Source: the human T2T-CHM13v2.0 reference genome, Homo sapiens. Taken from it: DNA of 64,000 nt. Every line of letters begins with the position of its first letter. Position 1 is the stretch's first letter. Below, one piece after another: positions 51,576 to 64,000 of this stretch. The notes beneath the pieces were generated by a model. That model made no database searches, had not been told where the DNA came from, and saw only the letters and a list, made by a program, of their open reading frames with translations. The DNA lies in assembly GCF_009914755.1 (NCBI RefSeq), contig NC_060937.1. One strand, written 5' to 3'. The position numbers and the translations under genes were made by a program.

Positions 51576-52026
51576 TGTCAGGCCTCTGAGCCCAAGCTAA
51601 GCCATCTCATCCCTGGGGACTTGCACATATACGCCCAGATGGCCTGAAGTAACTGAAGAATCACAAAAGAAGTGAAAATGCCCTGCCCTGCCTTAACTGA
51701 TGACATTCCACCACAAAAGAAGTGAAAATGGCCGGTCCTTGCCTTAAGTGATGACATTACCTTGTAAAAGTCCTTTTCCTGGCTCATCCTGGCTCAAAAA
51801 GCTCTCCTACTGAGCATCTTGCGACCCCCACTCCTGCCCACCAGAGAACAACCCCCCTTTGACTGTAATTTTCCTTTACCTACCCAAATCCTATAAAACA
51901 GCCCCACTCCTATCTCCCTTCACTGACTCTCTTTTCAGACTCAGCCTGCCTGCACTCAGGTGATTAAAAGCTTTATTGCTCACACAAAGCCTGTTTGGTG
52001 GTCTCTTAACACGGACGCATGTGAAA
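51576..52026 (+). mobile_element. LTR7 5' LTR
   Basis: TGTCAGGCCTCTGAGCCCAAGC...GTGAAA; TATA CCTATAAAA ~51890; ATTAAA polyA signal ~51963. Confidence 0.95.
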
Positions 52027-52028
52027 TT

Positions 52029-52046
52029 TGGTGTCATGACTCAGAT
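52029..52046 (+). promoter_or_regulatory. Primer binding site, tRNA-His (degenerate)
   Basis: TGGTGTCATGACTCAGAT vs consensus TGGTGCCGTGACTCGGAT (3 changes). Confidence 0.9.
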
Positions 52047-52879
52047 CAGGGGACGTCCCTTAGGAGATCAATCCCCTGTCCTCCTGCTCTTTGCTCTGTG
52101 AAAAAGATCCACCTACGACCTCGGGTCCTCAGACCCACCAGCCCAAGTAACATCTCACCAATTTTAAATCAGGTAAGTGGCCTCTTTTTACTCTCTTCTC
52201 CAACCTCCCTCACTATCCCTCAACCTCTTTCTCCTTTCAATCTTGGCACCACACTTCAATCTCTCCCTTCTCTTAATTTCAATTCCTTTCATTTTCTGGT
52301 AGAGACAAAGGAGACACGTTTTATCCATGGACCCAAAACTCCGGCGCCAGTCACGGACTGGGAAGGCAGCCTTCACTTGGTGTTTAATCATTGCAGGGAT
52401 GCCTCTCTGATTATTCACTGAGGTTTCAGAGGTGTCAGACCACGCAGGGATGCCTGCCTTGGTCCTTCACCCTTAGCTGCAAGTCCTGCTTTTCTGGGGG
52501 AGGGGCAAGTACCCCAACCCCTTCTCTCTGTGTCTCTACCCCTTCTCCGCTTTTCTGGGGCAGGGGCAAGAACCCCTCAAGCCCTTCTCCTTGACCCTGA
52601 GCAGCAAGTCCCACTTTTCTAGGGGGCAAGAACCCCCAATCCCTTATTTCCGTGTCCCGACCTCTTATCTCTGTGCCCCAATCCCTTCTTTCCGCACCCT
52701 GACCTCTTATCTCTTGTGCCCCAATCCCTTATTTCCACGCCTTGACCTCTTATCTCTGTGCCCCAACCCCTTATTTCCATGCCCCGACTCCTTTCCCGCT
52801 TTCCTGGAAGCTAAGAACCCCCAAACCCCTTCCCTCCATGTCTCTACTCTCTCTTTTCTCTGGGCTTGCCTCCTTCACT

Positions 52880-54220
52880 ATGGGCAACCTTCCACCCTCC
52901 ATTCCTCCTTCTTCTCCCTTAGCCTGTGTTCTCAAGAACTTAAAACTTCTTCAACTCACACCTGACCTAAAACATAGATGCCTTATCTTCTCCACCCTCC
53001 ATTCCTCCTTCTTCTCCCTTAGCCTGTGTTCTCAAGAACTTAAAACCTCTCCAGATCACACCTGACCTAAAACCTAGATGCCTTATCTTCTTCTGCAATG
53101 CCGCTTGACCCCAATATAAACTCGACAGTGGTTCCAAATAGCCAGAAAATGGCACTTTCAATTTTTCCATCCTACAAGATCTAAATAATTCTTGTCATAA
53201 AATGGGCAAACAGTCTGAGGTGCCTGATGTCCAAGCATTCTTTTATACATTGTTCCCTCTCTAGTCTCTCTTCCCAGTGCGACTTGTCCCAGATCCTCCT
53301 TCTTTCCCTCCCGCCTGTCCCCTCAGTCCCAACCTCAAGCATCGCTAAGTCTTTCTAATCTTCCTTTTCTACAGACCCATCTGACCTCTCCCCTCCTCGC
53401 CAGGCCGAGCCAGGTCCCAATTCTTCCTCAGCCTCTGCTCCCCCACCCTATAATCCTTTTATCACCTCCCCTCCTCACATCCAGTCCAGCTTACAGTTTC
53501 ATTCCACGACTAGCCTTCCCCCACCTGTCCAGCAATTTCCTCCTAAAAAGGTGGCTGGAGCTAAAGGCATAGTCAAGGTTAATGCTCCTTTTTCTTTATC
53601 TGACCTCTCCCAAAATCAGCTGGCGTTTAGGCTCTTTCTCATCAAATATAAAAACCCAGCCCAGTTCATGGCTCTTTTGGCAGCAACCCTGAGACGCTTT
53701 ACAGCCCTAGACCCTGAAAGGTCAGAAGGCCATCTTATTCTCAATATGCATTTTATTTTATTACCCAATCTGCTCCTGACATGAAATAAAGCTCCAAAAA
53801 TTAAATTCTGGCCCTCAAACCCCACAATGGGACTTAATTAACCTCACCGTCAAGGTGTACAATAATAGAGTAGAGGCAGCCAAGTAGCAATGTATTTCTG
53901 AGTTGCAATTCCTTGCCTCCACTGTGAGACACACCCCAGCCACATCTCCAGAACACAAGAACTCCAAACACCTGAACCGCAGCTGCCAGAGCCTCCTCCC
54001 CCAGGAGCTTGCTACAAGTGCCAGAAATCTGGCCACTGGGCCAAGGAATGCCCACAGCCCGGGATTCCTCCTAAGCCATGTCCCATCTGTGTGGGACCCC
54101 ACTGAAAATCGGACTGTTCAACTCACCCGGCAGCCACTTCCAGAGCCCCTGGAACTCTGGCCCAAGGCTCTCTGACTGACTCCTTCCCAGATCTTCTCGG
54201 CTTAGCAGCTGAAGACTGAC
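52880..54220 (+). pseudogene. gag: HERV-H gag remnant
   Basis: ATGGGCAACCTTCCACC (MGNLPP); Cys-His box TGCTACAAGTGCCAG...CACTGGGCCAAGGAATGC near 54010-54051; frameshifts and stops. Confidence 0.85.
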
Positions 54221-54280
54221 ACTGCCCGATTGCCTCAGAAGCCTACAGGACCATCACAGATGCTCTAGATAACTCTCACA

Positions 54281-57020
54281 GTGGAGGGTAAGTCCTTCCC
54301 CTTCTTAGTCAATACGGAGGCTACCCACTCCACATTACCTTCTTTTCAAGGGCCTGTTTCTCTTGCCTCCATAACTGTTGTGGGTATTGACAGCCAGGCT
54401 TCTAAACCTCTTAAAACTCCCCAACTCTTGTGCCAATTTAGAGAACATTCTTTTATGCACTCTTTTTTAATTATCCCCACCTGCCCACTTCCCTTATTAG
54501 GCCAAGACATTTTAACTAAATTATCTGCTTCCCTGACTATTCCTGGACTACAGCCTACAGCTGCATCTCATTGCCACCCTTCTCCCCAACCCAAAGCCTC
54601 CTTTGTGTCTTCCTCTCGTATCCCCCCACCTTAACCCACAAGTATGGGACATCTCTACTCCTTCCCTGGCAACTGATCACATGCCCATTACCATCCCATT
54701 AAAAACTAATCACCCTTACCCCACTCAACGCCAATATCCCATCCCAGCATACGATTTAAAAGGATTAAAGCCTGTTATCACTCGCCTGCTACAGCATGGG
54801 CTTCTAAAACCTATAAACTCCCCTTACAATCTCCCCATTTCACCTGTCCTGAAACCAGACAAGGCTTACAGGTTAGTTGAAGATCTGCGCCTTATCAACC
54901 AAATTGTTTTGCCTATCCACCCCTTGGTGCCAAACCCATATACTCTCCTATCCTCAATACCTCCCTCCACAATCCATTATTCTGTTCTAGATCTCAAACA
55001 TGCTTTCTTTACTATTCCTTTGCACCCTTCATCCTCATCCCATTTGCACCCTCGCTTTCACTTGGACTGACCCTGACACCCATCAGGCTCAGCAAATTAC
55101 CTGGGCTGTACTGCCGCAAGTTTTCACAGACAGCCCCCATTACTTCAGTCAAGCCCAAATTTCTTCCTCATCCGTTACCTATCTCAGCATAATTCTCATA
55201 AAAACACATGTTCTCTCCCTGCTGATTGTGTCCAGCTAATCTCTCAAACCCCAGTCCCTTCTACAAAACAACAACTCCTTTCCTTCCTAGGCATGGTTAT
55301 TGCCGTCAGAATTCTTACACAAGAGCCAGGACCGCACCCTGTAGCCTTTCTGCCCAAACAACTTGACCTTACTGTTTTAGCCTAGCCCTCATGTCTACTT
55401 GCAGTGGCTGCCACTGCTTTAATACTTTTAGAGGCCCTCAAAATCACAAACTGTGCTCAACTCACTCTCTACAGTTCTCATAACTTCCAAAATCTATTTT
55501 CTTCCTCACACCTGACGCATATACTTTCTGCTCCCCAGCTCCTTCAGCTATACTCACTGTTTGTTGAGTCTCCCACAATTACCATTGTTCCTGGCATGAA
55601 CTTCAATCTAGCCTCCCACGTTATTCCGGATACCACACCTGACCCTCATGACTGCATCTCTCTGATCTACCTGACGTTCACCCCATTTCCCCACATTTCC
55701 TTCTTCCCTGTTTCTCACCCTGATCACACTTGGTTTATTGATGGCAGTTCCACCAGGCCTAATTGCCACTCACCAGCAAAGGCAGGCTATGCAATAGTAT
55801 CTTCCACATCTGCTATTGAGGCTACCGCCCTGCCCCCCTCCACTACCTCTCAGCAAGCCGAACTAGTTGCCTTAACTCAGGCCCTCACTCTTGCAAAGGG
55901 ACTACGCGTCAATATTTATACTGACTCTAAATATGCCTTTCATATTCTGCACCACCATGCTGTTATATAGGCTGAAAGAGGTTTCCTCACTATGCAAGGG
56001 TCCTCCATCGTTAATGCCTCTTTAATAAAAACTCTGCTCAAGGCCACTTTACTTCCAAAGGAAGCTGGAGTTATTCACTGCAAATGCCATCAAAAGGCAT
56101 CAGATCCCATTGCTCTAGGCAACGCTTATGCTGATAAGGTGGCTAGACAAGCAGCTAGCTTTCCACCTTCTGTCCTTCATGGCCAGTTTGTCTCTTCACA
56201 TCAGTCACTCCCACCTACTCCCCCGCTGAAACTTCCAACTATCAATCTCTTCCCACGAAAGGCAAATGGTTCTTAGACCAAGGAAAATATCTCCTTCCAG
56301 CCTCACAGGCCCATTCTATTCTGTCGTCATTTCATAACCTCTTCCATGTAGGTTACAAGCCGCTAGCCTGTCTCTTAGAACCTCTCATTTCCTTTCCATC
56401 CTGGAAATCTATCCTCAATGAAATCACTTCTCAGTGTTCCATTTGCTATTCTACTACCACTCAGGGATTGTTCAGGCCTCCTCCCTTTCCTACACATCAA
56501 GCTAGAGGATTTGCTCCTGCCCAAGACTGGCAAATTGACTTTACTCACATGCCCCGAGTCAGAAAACTAAAAGACCTCCTAGTCTAGGTAGGCACTTTCA
56601 CTGGATAGGTAGAGGCCTTTCCTACAGGGTCTGAGAAGGCCACCGCTGTCATTTCTTCCCTTCTGTCAGACATAATTCCTCGGTTTGGCCTTCCCAACTC
56701 TGTACAGTCCGATAGTAGACCGGCCTTTATTAGTCAAATCAGCCAAGCGTTTTTTCAGGCTCTTAGTATCCAGTGAAACCTTTATATCCCTTATGGTCCT
56801 CCATCTTCAGGAAAAGTAGAACAGACTAATAGTCTTTTAAAAATACACCTCACCAAGCTCAGCCACCAACTTAAAAGGGACTAGACAATACTTTTACCAC
56901 TTTCCCTTCTCAGAATTCAGGCCTGTCCTTGGAATGCTACAGGGTACAGCCCATTTGAGCTCCTGTATAGATGCTCCTTTTTATTAGGCCCCAGTCTCAT
57001 TCCAGACACCAGACCAACTT
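54281..57020 (+). pseudogene. pol: HERV-H pro-pol remnant (PR, RT lacking the YxDD segment, RNase H, IN)
   Basis: LVNTEATHS, PLLGQDIL, YRLVEDLR, VLDLKHAFF, LPQVFTDSP joined to VTYL, WFIDGSS, QQAEL, YTDSKYAF; IN TGGCAAATTGACTTTACTCAC; multiple stops. Confidence 0.9.
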
Positions 57021-57607
57021 GGACTGTGCTCCAAAAAACTTGTCATCCCTACTGTCTTCTGTCTAGTCATACTCCTATTCACCGTTCTTAACTACTCATA
57101 CATGCCCTGCTTTTGTTTACACTGCCGGTTTACACTGTTTCTCCAAGCCATCACAGCTGATATTGGTGCTATCCCCAAACTGCCACTCTTAACTCTTAAA
57201 GGAAATAAATAATCTTTGCTGGCAGGACTATGCTGAATCTCCTTAGGCACTCTCTAATCAGATGTCCTAGGCCCTCCCAATTCTTAGACCTTTAATACCT
57301 GTTTTTCTCCTTCTCTTATTCCGTTTAGTTTTTCAATTCATACAAAACTGTATCCAGGCCATCACCAATAATTCTAAATGACGAATGTTTCTTCTAACAG
57401 TCCCACAATATCACCCCTTACCACAAAATCTTCCTTCAGCTTAATCTCTCCCACTCTAGGTTCCCACGCCGCCCCTAATCCCGCTTGAAGCAGCCCTGAG
57501 AAACATCGCCCATTCTCTCTCTCCATACCACCCCCAAAAATTTTCGCCGCCCCAACACTTCAACACTATTTTGTTTTATTTTTCTTATTAATATAAGAAG
57601 GCAGGAA

Positions 57608-58057
57608 TGTCAGGTCTCTGAGCCCAAGCTAAGCCATCTCATCCCTGGGGACTTGCACATATACGCCCAGATGGCCTGAAGTAACTGAAGAATCACAAAA
57701 GAAGTGAAAATGCCCTGCCCCGCCTTAACTGATGACATTCCACCACAAAAGAAGTGAAAATGGCCGGTCTTTGCCTTAAGTGATGACACTACCTTGTAAA
57801 AGTCCTTTTCCTGGCTCATCCTGGCTCAAAAACTCCCCTACTGAGCACCTTGCAACCCCCACTCCTGCCCACCAGAGTACAACCCCCCTTTGACTGTAAT
57901 TTTCCTTTACCTACCCAAATCCTATAAAACGGCCCCACCCCTATCTCCCTTCACTGACTCTCTTTTCAGACTCAGCCCACCTGCACCCAGGTGATTAAAA
58001 GCTTTATTGCTCGCACAAAGCCTGTTTGGTGGTCTCTTAATACGGGCGCGCGTGAAA
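57608..58057 (+). mobile_element. LTR7 3' LTR
   Basis: Preceded by PPT AAGAAGGCAGGAA; ~96% identical to 5' LTR by hand alignment. Confidence 0.95.
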
Positions 58058-58153
58058 CCCAGGAGGCAGAGGTTGCAGCGAATTTATATTGCACCACTGC
58101 ACTCCAGCCTGTGCAACAAGAGTGAAACTCCTTTGCCAAAAAAAAAAAAAAAA
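58058..58153 (+). mobile_element. Alu 3' part (continuation after HERV-H)
   Basis: CCCAGGAGGCAGAGGTTGCAG... then A tail. Confidence 0.93.
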
Positions 58154-58411
58154 TTGCTGATGTGGCCTTTTCTAAGGCAATGCCACTGTGGGTAGAGAAG
58201 AAGCATTTTTCCAGGTAAAGTAGGATTTTATGTCCAATTAGATAAGGAGGAGTAAAGAATAATTGGGAGATTCAGGGAGCTTCAGGGCTCCACGCAAATT
58301 TGATACACTTGAAGTGATGATACAGATGTTAGGTCATATCATCCTTGGCCTACTGCTCTGTGCGTTTCCTGAGACCAGGTTTCCATCTTAGTGAAAGTCT
58401 TAAACCTTGTA

Positions 58412-58717
58412 CAGTCATGCATCACTTAATGACAAGAATATAGTCTGAGAAAGGCATCCTTAGGTGATTCTGTCATTGTGCAAACATCAGAGTGTACTTA
58501 CACAAAACTAGATGGGATAGCCTGCTACACACCTAGGCTACAAAACTGTATAGCACATGACTGTACTGAATACTGTGGGCAATTGTAATACAATGGTGTT
58601 GGTGTATCTAAACATATCTAAACGTCGAAAGGTTTAAATACAATATTATGATCTTACGTGACCACTGTCATATATGCAGTCCATTGCTGACTGAAATGCT
58701 ATGTGGTGCCATCACTG
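58412..58717. mobile_element. Tigger3a (MER7A-type) MITE
   Basis: TA-CAGTCATGC...CACTG-TA; TACTTACACAAAACTAGATGG...CACACCTAGGCTA. Confidence 0.8.
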
Positions 58718-59142
58718 TACATGATTATGTCAACTCACTGCTGATCCACCTTGTTCTTGTACCACTGCCTACCCTCTGCACAGGACAAGGCACCTCTATC
58801 TTTGGAGAGGGAAATGTCATTAAGAATAATAGGGAGTAAGAGAGAAGGATTTGAGAGGCAAGGTGTAGTGAGGAGAAGGGAGACAGATGCTCTTTGTTTT
58901 AGCTATGCCCTGTCTCTAAAGTCAAGCACCAGTTCAAATGGAGACGGGGCTGACTTACCAGTGACTCTATGGACAATGTGATTGTATGTCTCTGAGTCTC
59001 ACCTCCAATCTGAGCCTAACCTTTGTGCTGATTAGCAATTGATATATTGGAGTCTCGGACTTTGAAAGACCAAAGTGTATGTTCAAATAGCAAGTGCAAA
59101 TTCAGTTTTGGCCATTTCATATAATTTATGTTACTATAATGA

Positions 59143-59505
<363 letters not shown>

Positions 59506-60142
59506 TGAACCATTTATTTGTTACATTGATATTTGAATAATAAAGTGACAACTCTTCTCTTTTATTTTCAGTCTCCCTCCCAAGCAGCTCTGAGGGTACA
59601 TGGATAACACTTATAATCTTACAATCTGTGATTAAGTCAATAAATAGTCAGTGTTTTTAGCAGTCTATCTCATTTTTAAACAAAATGGTAATTTCTTACA
59701 CATATTTATTTTGGATAGTGAAGTATATAACTCACAGTTGATGGAGTAGAAAGTACAGAAATTTCTCAATGTTATTATTTCTTTTGTATGCACAAAGTGA
59801 CTATTTTATTTCCCTCCTGCTGAGGCATACTTCTTCCTTCCCCAAAGGAGAAATGATCATAATATATTACTTTCCCTCTTTGGACTTACTCTTAAGTATT
59901 ATTTGATTCAGTTCCCATGCTAATCCTGTGATAGATGGAACAATGCTATTATTCCCATTTGAAATAAGAGAGAGTAAGAATTTTATCTAGAAGCAAGTGA
60001 TTGGGGAAAAATTGGAACCAACACAAATATTTAAACTTAAGGTAGCAGTCCACAAATGATGATGATCCATTTATTGGAATACTACACAGCCATTAAAGAA
60101 TAGTTCATAGAAACATATTTGTCACTAATGTGTATTTGATAT

Positions 60143-60887
<745 letters not shown>

Positions 60888-61019
60888 ATATGGAAAAATG
60901 TTTTCAATATATTGCTTAGTAAAAGCACAGATTATAAAATTATATGTCCAGAATGCCCTATCTTGAAAATATTCACTTATGTATAGGTATATATGCCTAG
61001 AAATAAATACCTGGAAAGG

Positions 61020-61750
61020 TGTATTGGGAAATGAGACAATAGAGCAAATAGATTAAGAACATGAGTTTGCCATAAAACAGATTAAACTATAATATCCAAC
61101 TTCACTACATAATAATTTACTACTTAATTTTAAATTAGTTACTTCTTCACCCTAAGCCTATGTTCTACCTTGTAAAATAGAGATAAAAGTATGATCCCCT
61201 TACAACAAGGTAATACAGTGAGGATCTAGTGAGATAATGCATGTAAAACCTTAAGACTAGTTTTCAGCACGTAGCAATCTTTTAATAAACTTTGCAATGT
61301 TAACATATATCCCTGGGTCACTGGTTATGAATGATTTTAACATTGCTTTCCTTCTATGCATTTTCTTATTCCTTAATATGGCTTTGAAACTTTTATCTTG
61401 TTTTGACATTGAAGAACACAATCAGAATGAGAACTGTGCATCTTGGCTCTGAGTGTAGTTTTATTTCCATATCATCCTGTATTGTTCAAGTGCAAATATG
61501 ACTAGGGGCCTGGGCAGTGATTAAGAGCTTGGCTTGGGGAGACAGCTTGCCTGGGTTTTAATGATGACTCCACCATTCTATCTGTGCAACATTAGGCATG
61601 TTACCTTACTCCTATAAGCCTCAGTTTGCTCATCTTTAAAATGGAGATAATAGTAATCCTATTATACAATTATTAAGAGAATGGAATGAGATAAGACATG
61701 TATAGTGCTTAGTTGAGTGTTTGGCATATAGTAAATATTCAATCGAGGTT
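61020..61750 (+). mobile_element. Two MIR fragments (~61020-61290 and ~61510-61750)
   Basis: GCCTCAGTTTGCTCATCTTTAAAATGGAGATAATAGTA and TGTAAAATAGAGATAA cores. Confidence 0.65.
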
Positions 61751-61888
61751 ACTATTATAGTATTTATCTGCGTCTGTGGATGAACCATGGGAATCTGTGC
61801 ACCTTCTGAAAGTCTAGGCAGAATTTAGTGTGCATATGATTACAGTTTTATATTTGCATATTCAGATGTCAAGGTGAATATTCAATGA

Positions 61889-62207
61889 TTTTTCTTTTTC
61901 TTTTCTGTTTTTTTTTTTTTTCTTTTTGAGACAGAGTCTCACTTTGTCGCCTAGGCTGGAATGCAATGGCGTGATCTCGGCTCACTGAAACCTCTGCCTC
62001 CTGGGTACAAGCGATTCTTCTGCTTCAGCCTCCTGAGAAAATGGGACTACAGGCATGAGCCACCATGCCTGGCTAATTTTTGTATTTTTAGCAGAGACAG
62101 GGTTTCACCATATTGACCAAGCTGGTCTCAAACTCCTGACCTCGTGATCCGTCTGCCTCGGTCTCCCAAAGTGCTGGGATTACAGGCGTGAGCCACCACG
62201 CCCAGTC
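61889..62207 (-). mobile_element. Alu (AluS-like)
   Basis: TSD AATGATTTTT. Confidence 0.95.
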
Positions 62208-62362
62208 ATTAATGATTTTTCAAAATGTTTTGTGCACCCAGAAAAAGCTAAAAGCCATCGTTCTTAACAGTGGTATCCACAGGGGAATGGACATAATTTT
62301 CTCTTCATTTTAGGATAGTCAAGTGTCACTACATTAGGTTGTGCTTAAAAACACAGAGTCCT

Positions 62363-62682
<320 letters not shown>

Positions 62683-63721
62683 CTAATAAAAAGCAAAAAT
62701 TAAATGTATTAATCTTTGCATCATCCCAGTTACTTGTAGGCCCTGGGCAGATGTGTCTGTGCAAACTTGCACGTCTCCTTCCAGGGATCCTCATTTCCTG
62801 GACCTTGTGGCCTCGTTCCCTTTAATCAGAGAGTTTCTTTTGGCAGAAATGGCTGAAGCATGCTGCACAGAGGTCTTAAGGGTTTCCAGAACCCCGGCCT
62901 GGGGAATTTTTACGTAATTTCAAATATTATATAATTCAGGGTTTAAATAGCTTACGTTTTGATTCCAAAAGATGTCTAAAGTCTGTTGAGTCTCAATTTG
63001 AATATTGTAACATTATTTTACCCACTGGTAGAAAAAACAAATTTTAGAAACTGGCTTATATAGCTTTTTGTCTATGAACTGGATGCTTCCTCATGTCCTG
63101 CTGCTAAGTTAGTCTTAGTTTTCATAAGGATGCACTTAAACGGAGGGTAAGCAGCATCCCGGATATTTAAGTAACCTAGACATAATTAAATGTATGTATT
63201 CATGAGCTTCTCTATTTTCACTTTTCTTAGGATAAAGCCCAAACCCCATAGCATTTATTAGAACACCTTTCTACCTTATCCCCCACCACTATGCCACATG
63301 CAGATCACCACTCCCCCAGCCACCTCCAAAGCTCCAACTCTGAGATTCTTCAATATGCTCTATGCTCCTTCTTGCTTCTGGGTTTCTATACATATTCCCT
63401 CTGCCACGAACACCTTTTATTCCTTTGTCTCACCCCACATTCAACACAAAGCAGTGACTCCTATTCATGCACAGGTCTCCACTTAGATATCACTTCCTCA
63501 GGAAAGTCTTCCTAACCCCAAGTATGACCTCTCTCCTTGTCTGGATCTACACTAACCTATAAATAATGATGGCAGGGTCTGTGTCTAGGCCACAGTTGCA
63601 CATGCACCTATTATAGCACTTCATGTCATTTTAGGAATCCAAGGAATGAATAGTTATTGGATGAGTTATTTTTAGCTACTTATTTTCCATTGGTTCTTTG
63701 CTGGTTAACAACATTTCTGGT

Positions 63722-64000
63722 GGGAAAGAAAGAAAGAAAGAGAGACGGAGAGGGAGGGAAGAAGGAAGGAGAAAGAGAGAGAGAGAGAGAAAGAGAGAGG
63801 AAGGAAAGAAAGAAAGAGAAAGAAAGAAAGAAAAAGAAAGAAAGGGAGAGAAAAGAAAAAGATGGTGAGAAGGAAAAAAGGGAAGGAGGGAGGGAGGATG
63901 GGAGGGAGGGCAGAAGGAAGGAAAGAGGGGTAAAGAAAGACAAGTAAAGAAAAAGAAAAGAGGAAGGAAGGAAAGAAGGGAGAAAGGAGAAAGAGAGAGG
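63722..64000. repeat. Polypurine (GA/GAAA/GGAA) low-complexity tract
   Basis: Read directly; runs to window end. Confidence 0.95.

Larger units (their letters stand above)
51576..58057 (+). mobile_element. HERV-H provirus, two LTRs, pol/env-deleted non-autonomous type
   Basis: Matching LTRs, His-tRNA PBS, gag/pro/RT/RNaseH/IN remnants with stops, PPT, 5-bp TSD. Confidence 0.97.

Noticed and set aside
52635-52790. ~43-bp repeated units resembling an array
   Set aside because: Ordinary variable tandem repeat of the HERV-H leader; no unique spacers, not CRISPR-like
51578-56276. HERV-H ORFs as functional proteins
   Set aside because: Fragmented by stops and frameshifts; protease DTG is NTE, RT YxDD segment is deleted, env largely absent

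Overview
Primate (very likely human) repeat-rich genomic DNA with no recognisable cellular protein-coding exon; most ORF-track entries come from Alus, LTRs or microsatellites. The main elements are: (1) a 5'-complete young LINE-1 (L1PA2/L1PA3-type, +, ~19935-24477) with a ~1.5-kb internal deletion. It now reads as a 608-aa ORF1p::RT in-frame fusion, followed through a TAATG stop/start overlap by an uninterrupted 522-aa ORF2p C-terminal ORF. (2) A two-LTR HERV-H (LTR7) provirus (+, 51576-58057) of the common pol/env-deleted type, inserted in the middle of an Alu. (3) A solo HERV-W LTR17 (60143-60887). Also present are about 25 Alus, old L1/L2/MIR fragments, MaLR LTRs, Tigger/MER DNA transposon fossils and microsatellites. 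Several short local duplications occur, two of them with perfect fold-back palindromes at the junction. Weak splice and polyA signals hint at a + strand lncRNA. Repeat subfamily names are from memory of consensus sequences, not from a database search, and edges of old repeats are approximate.
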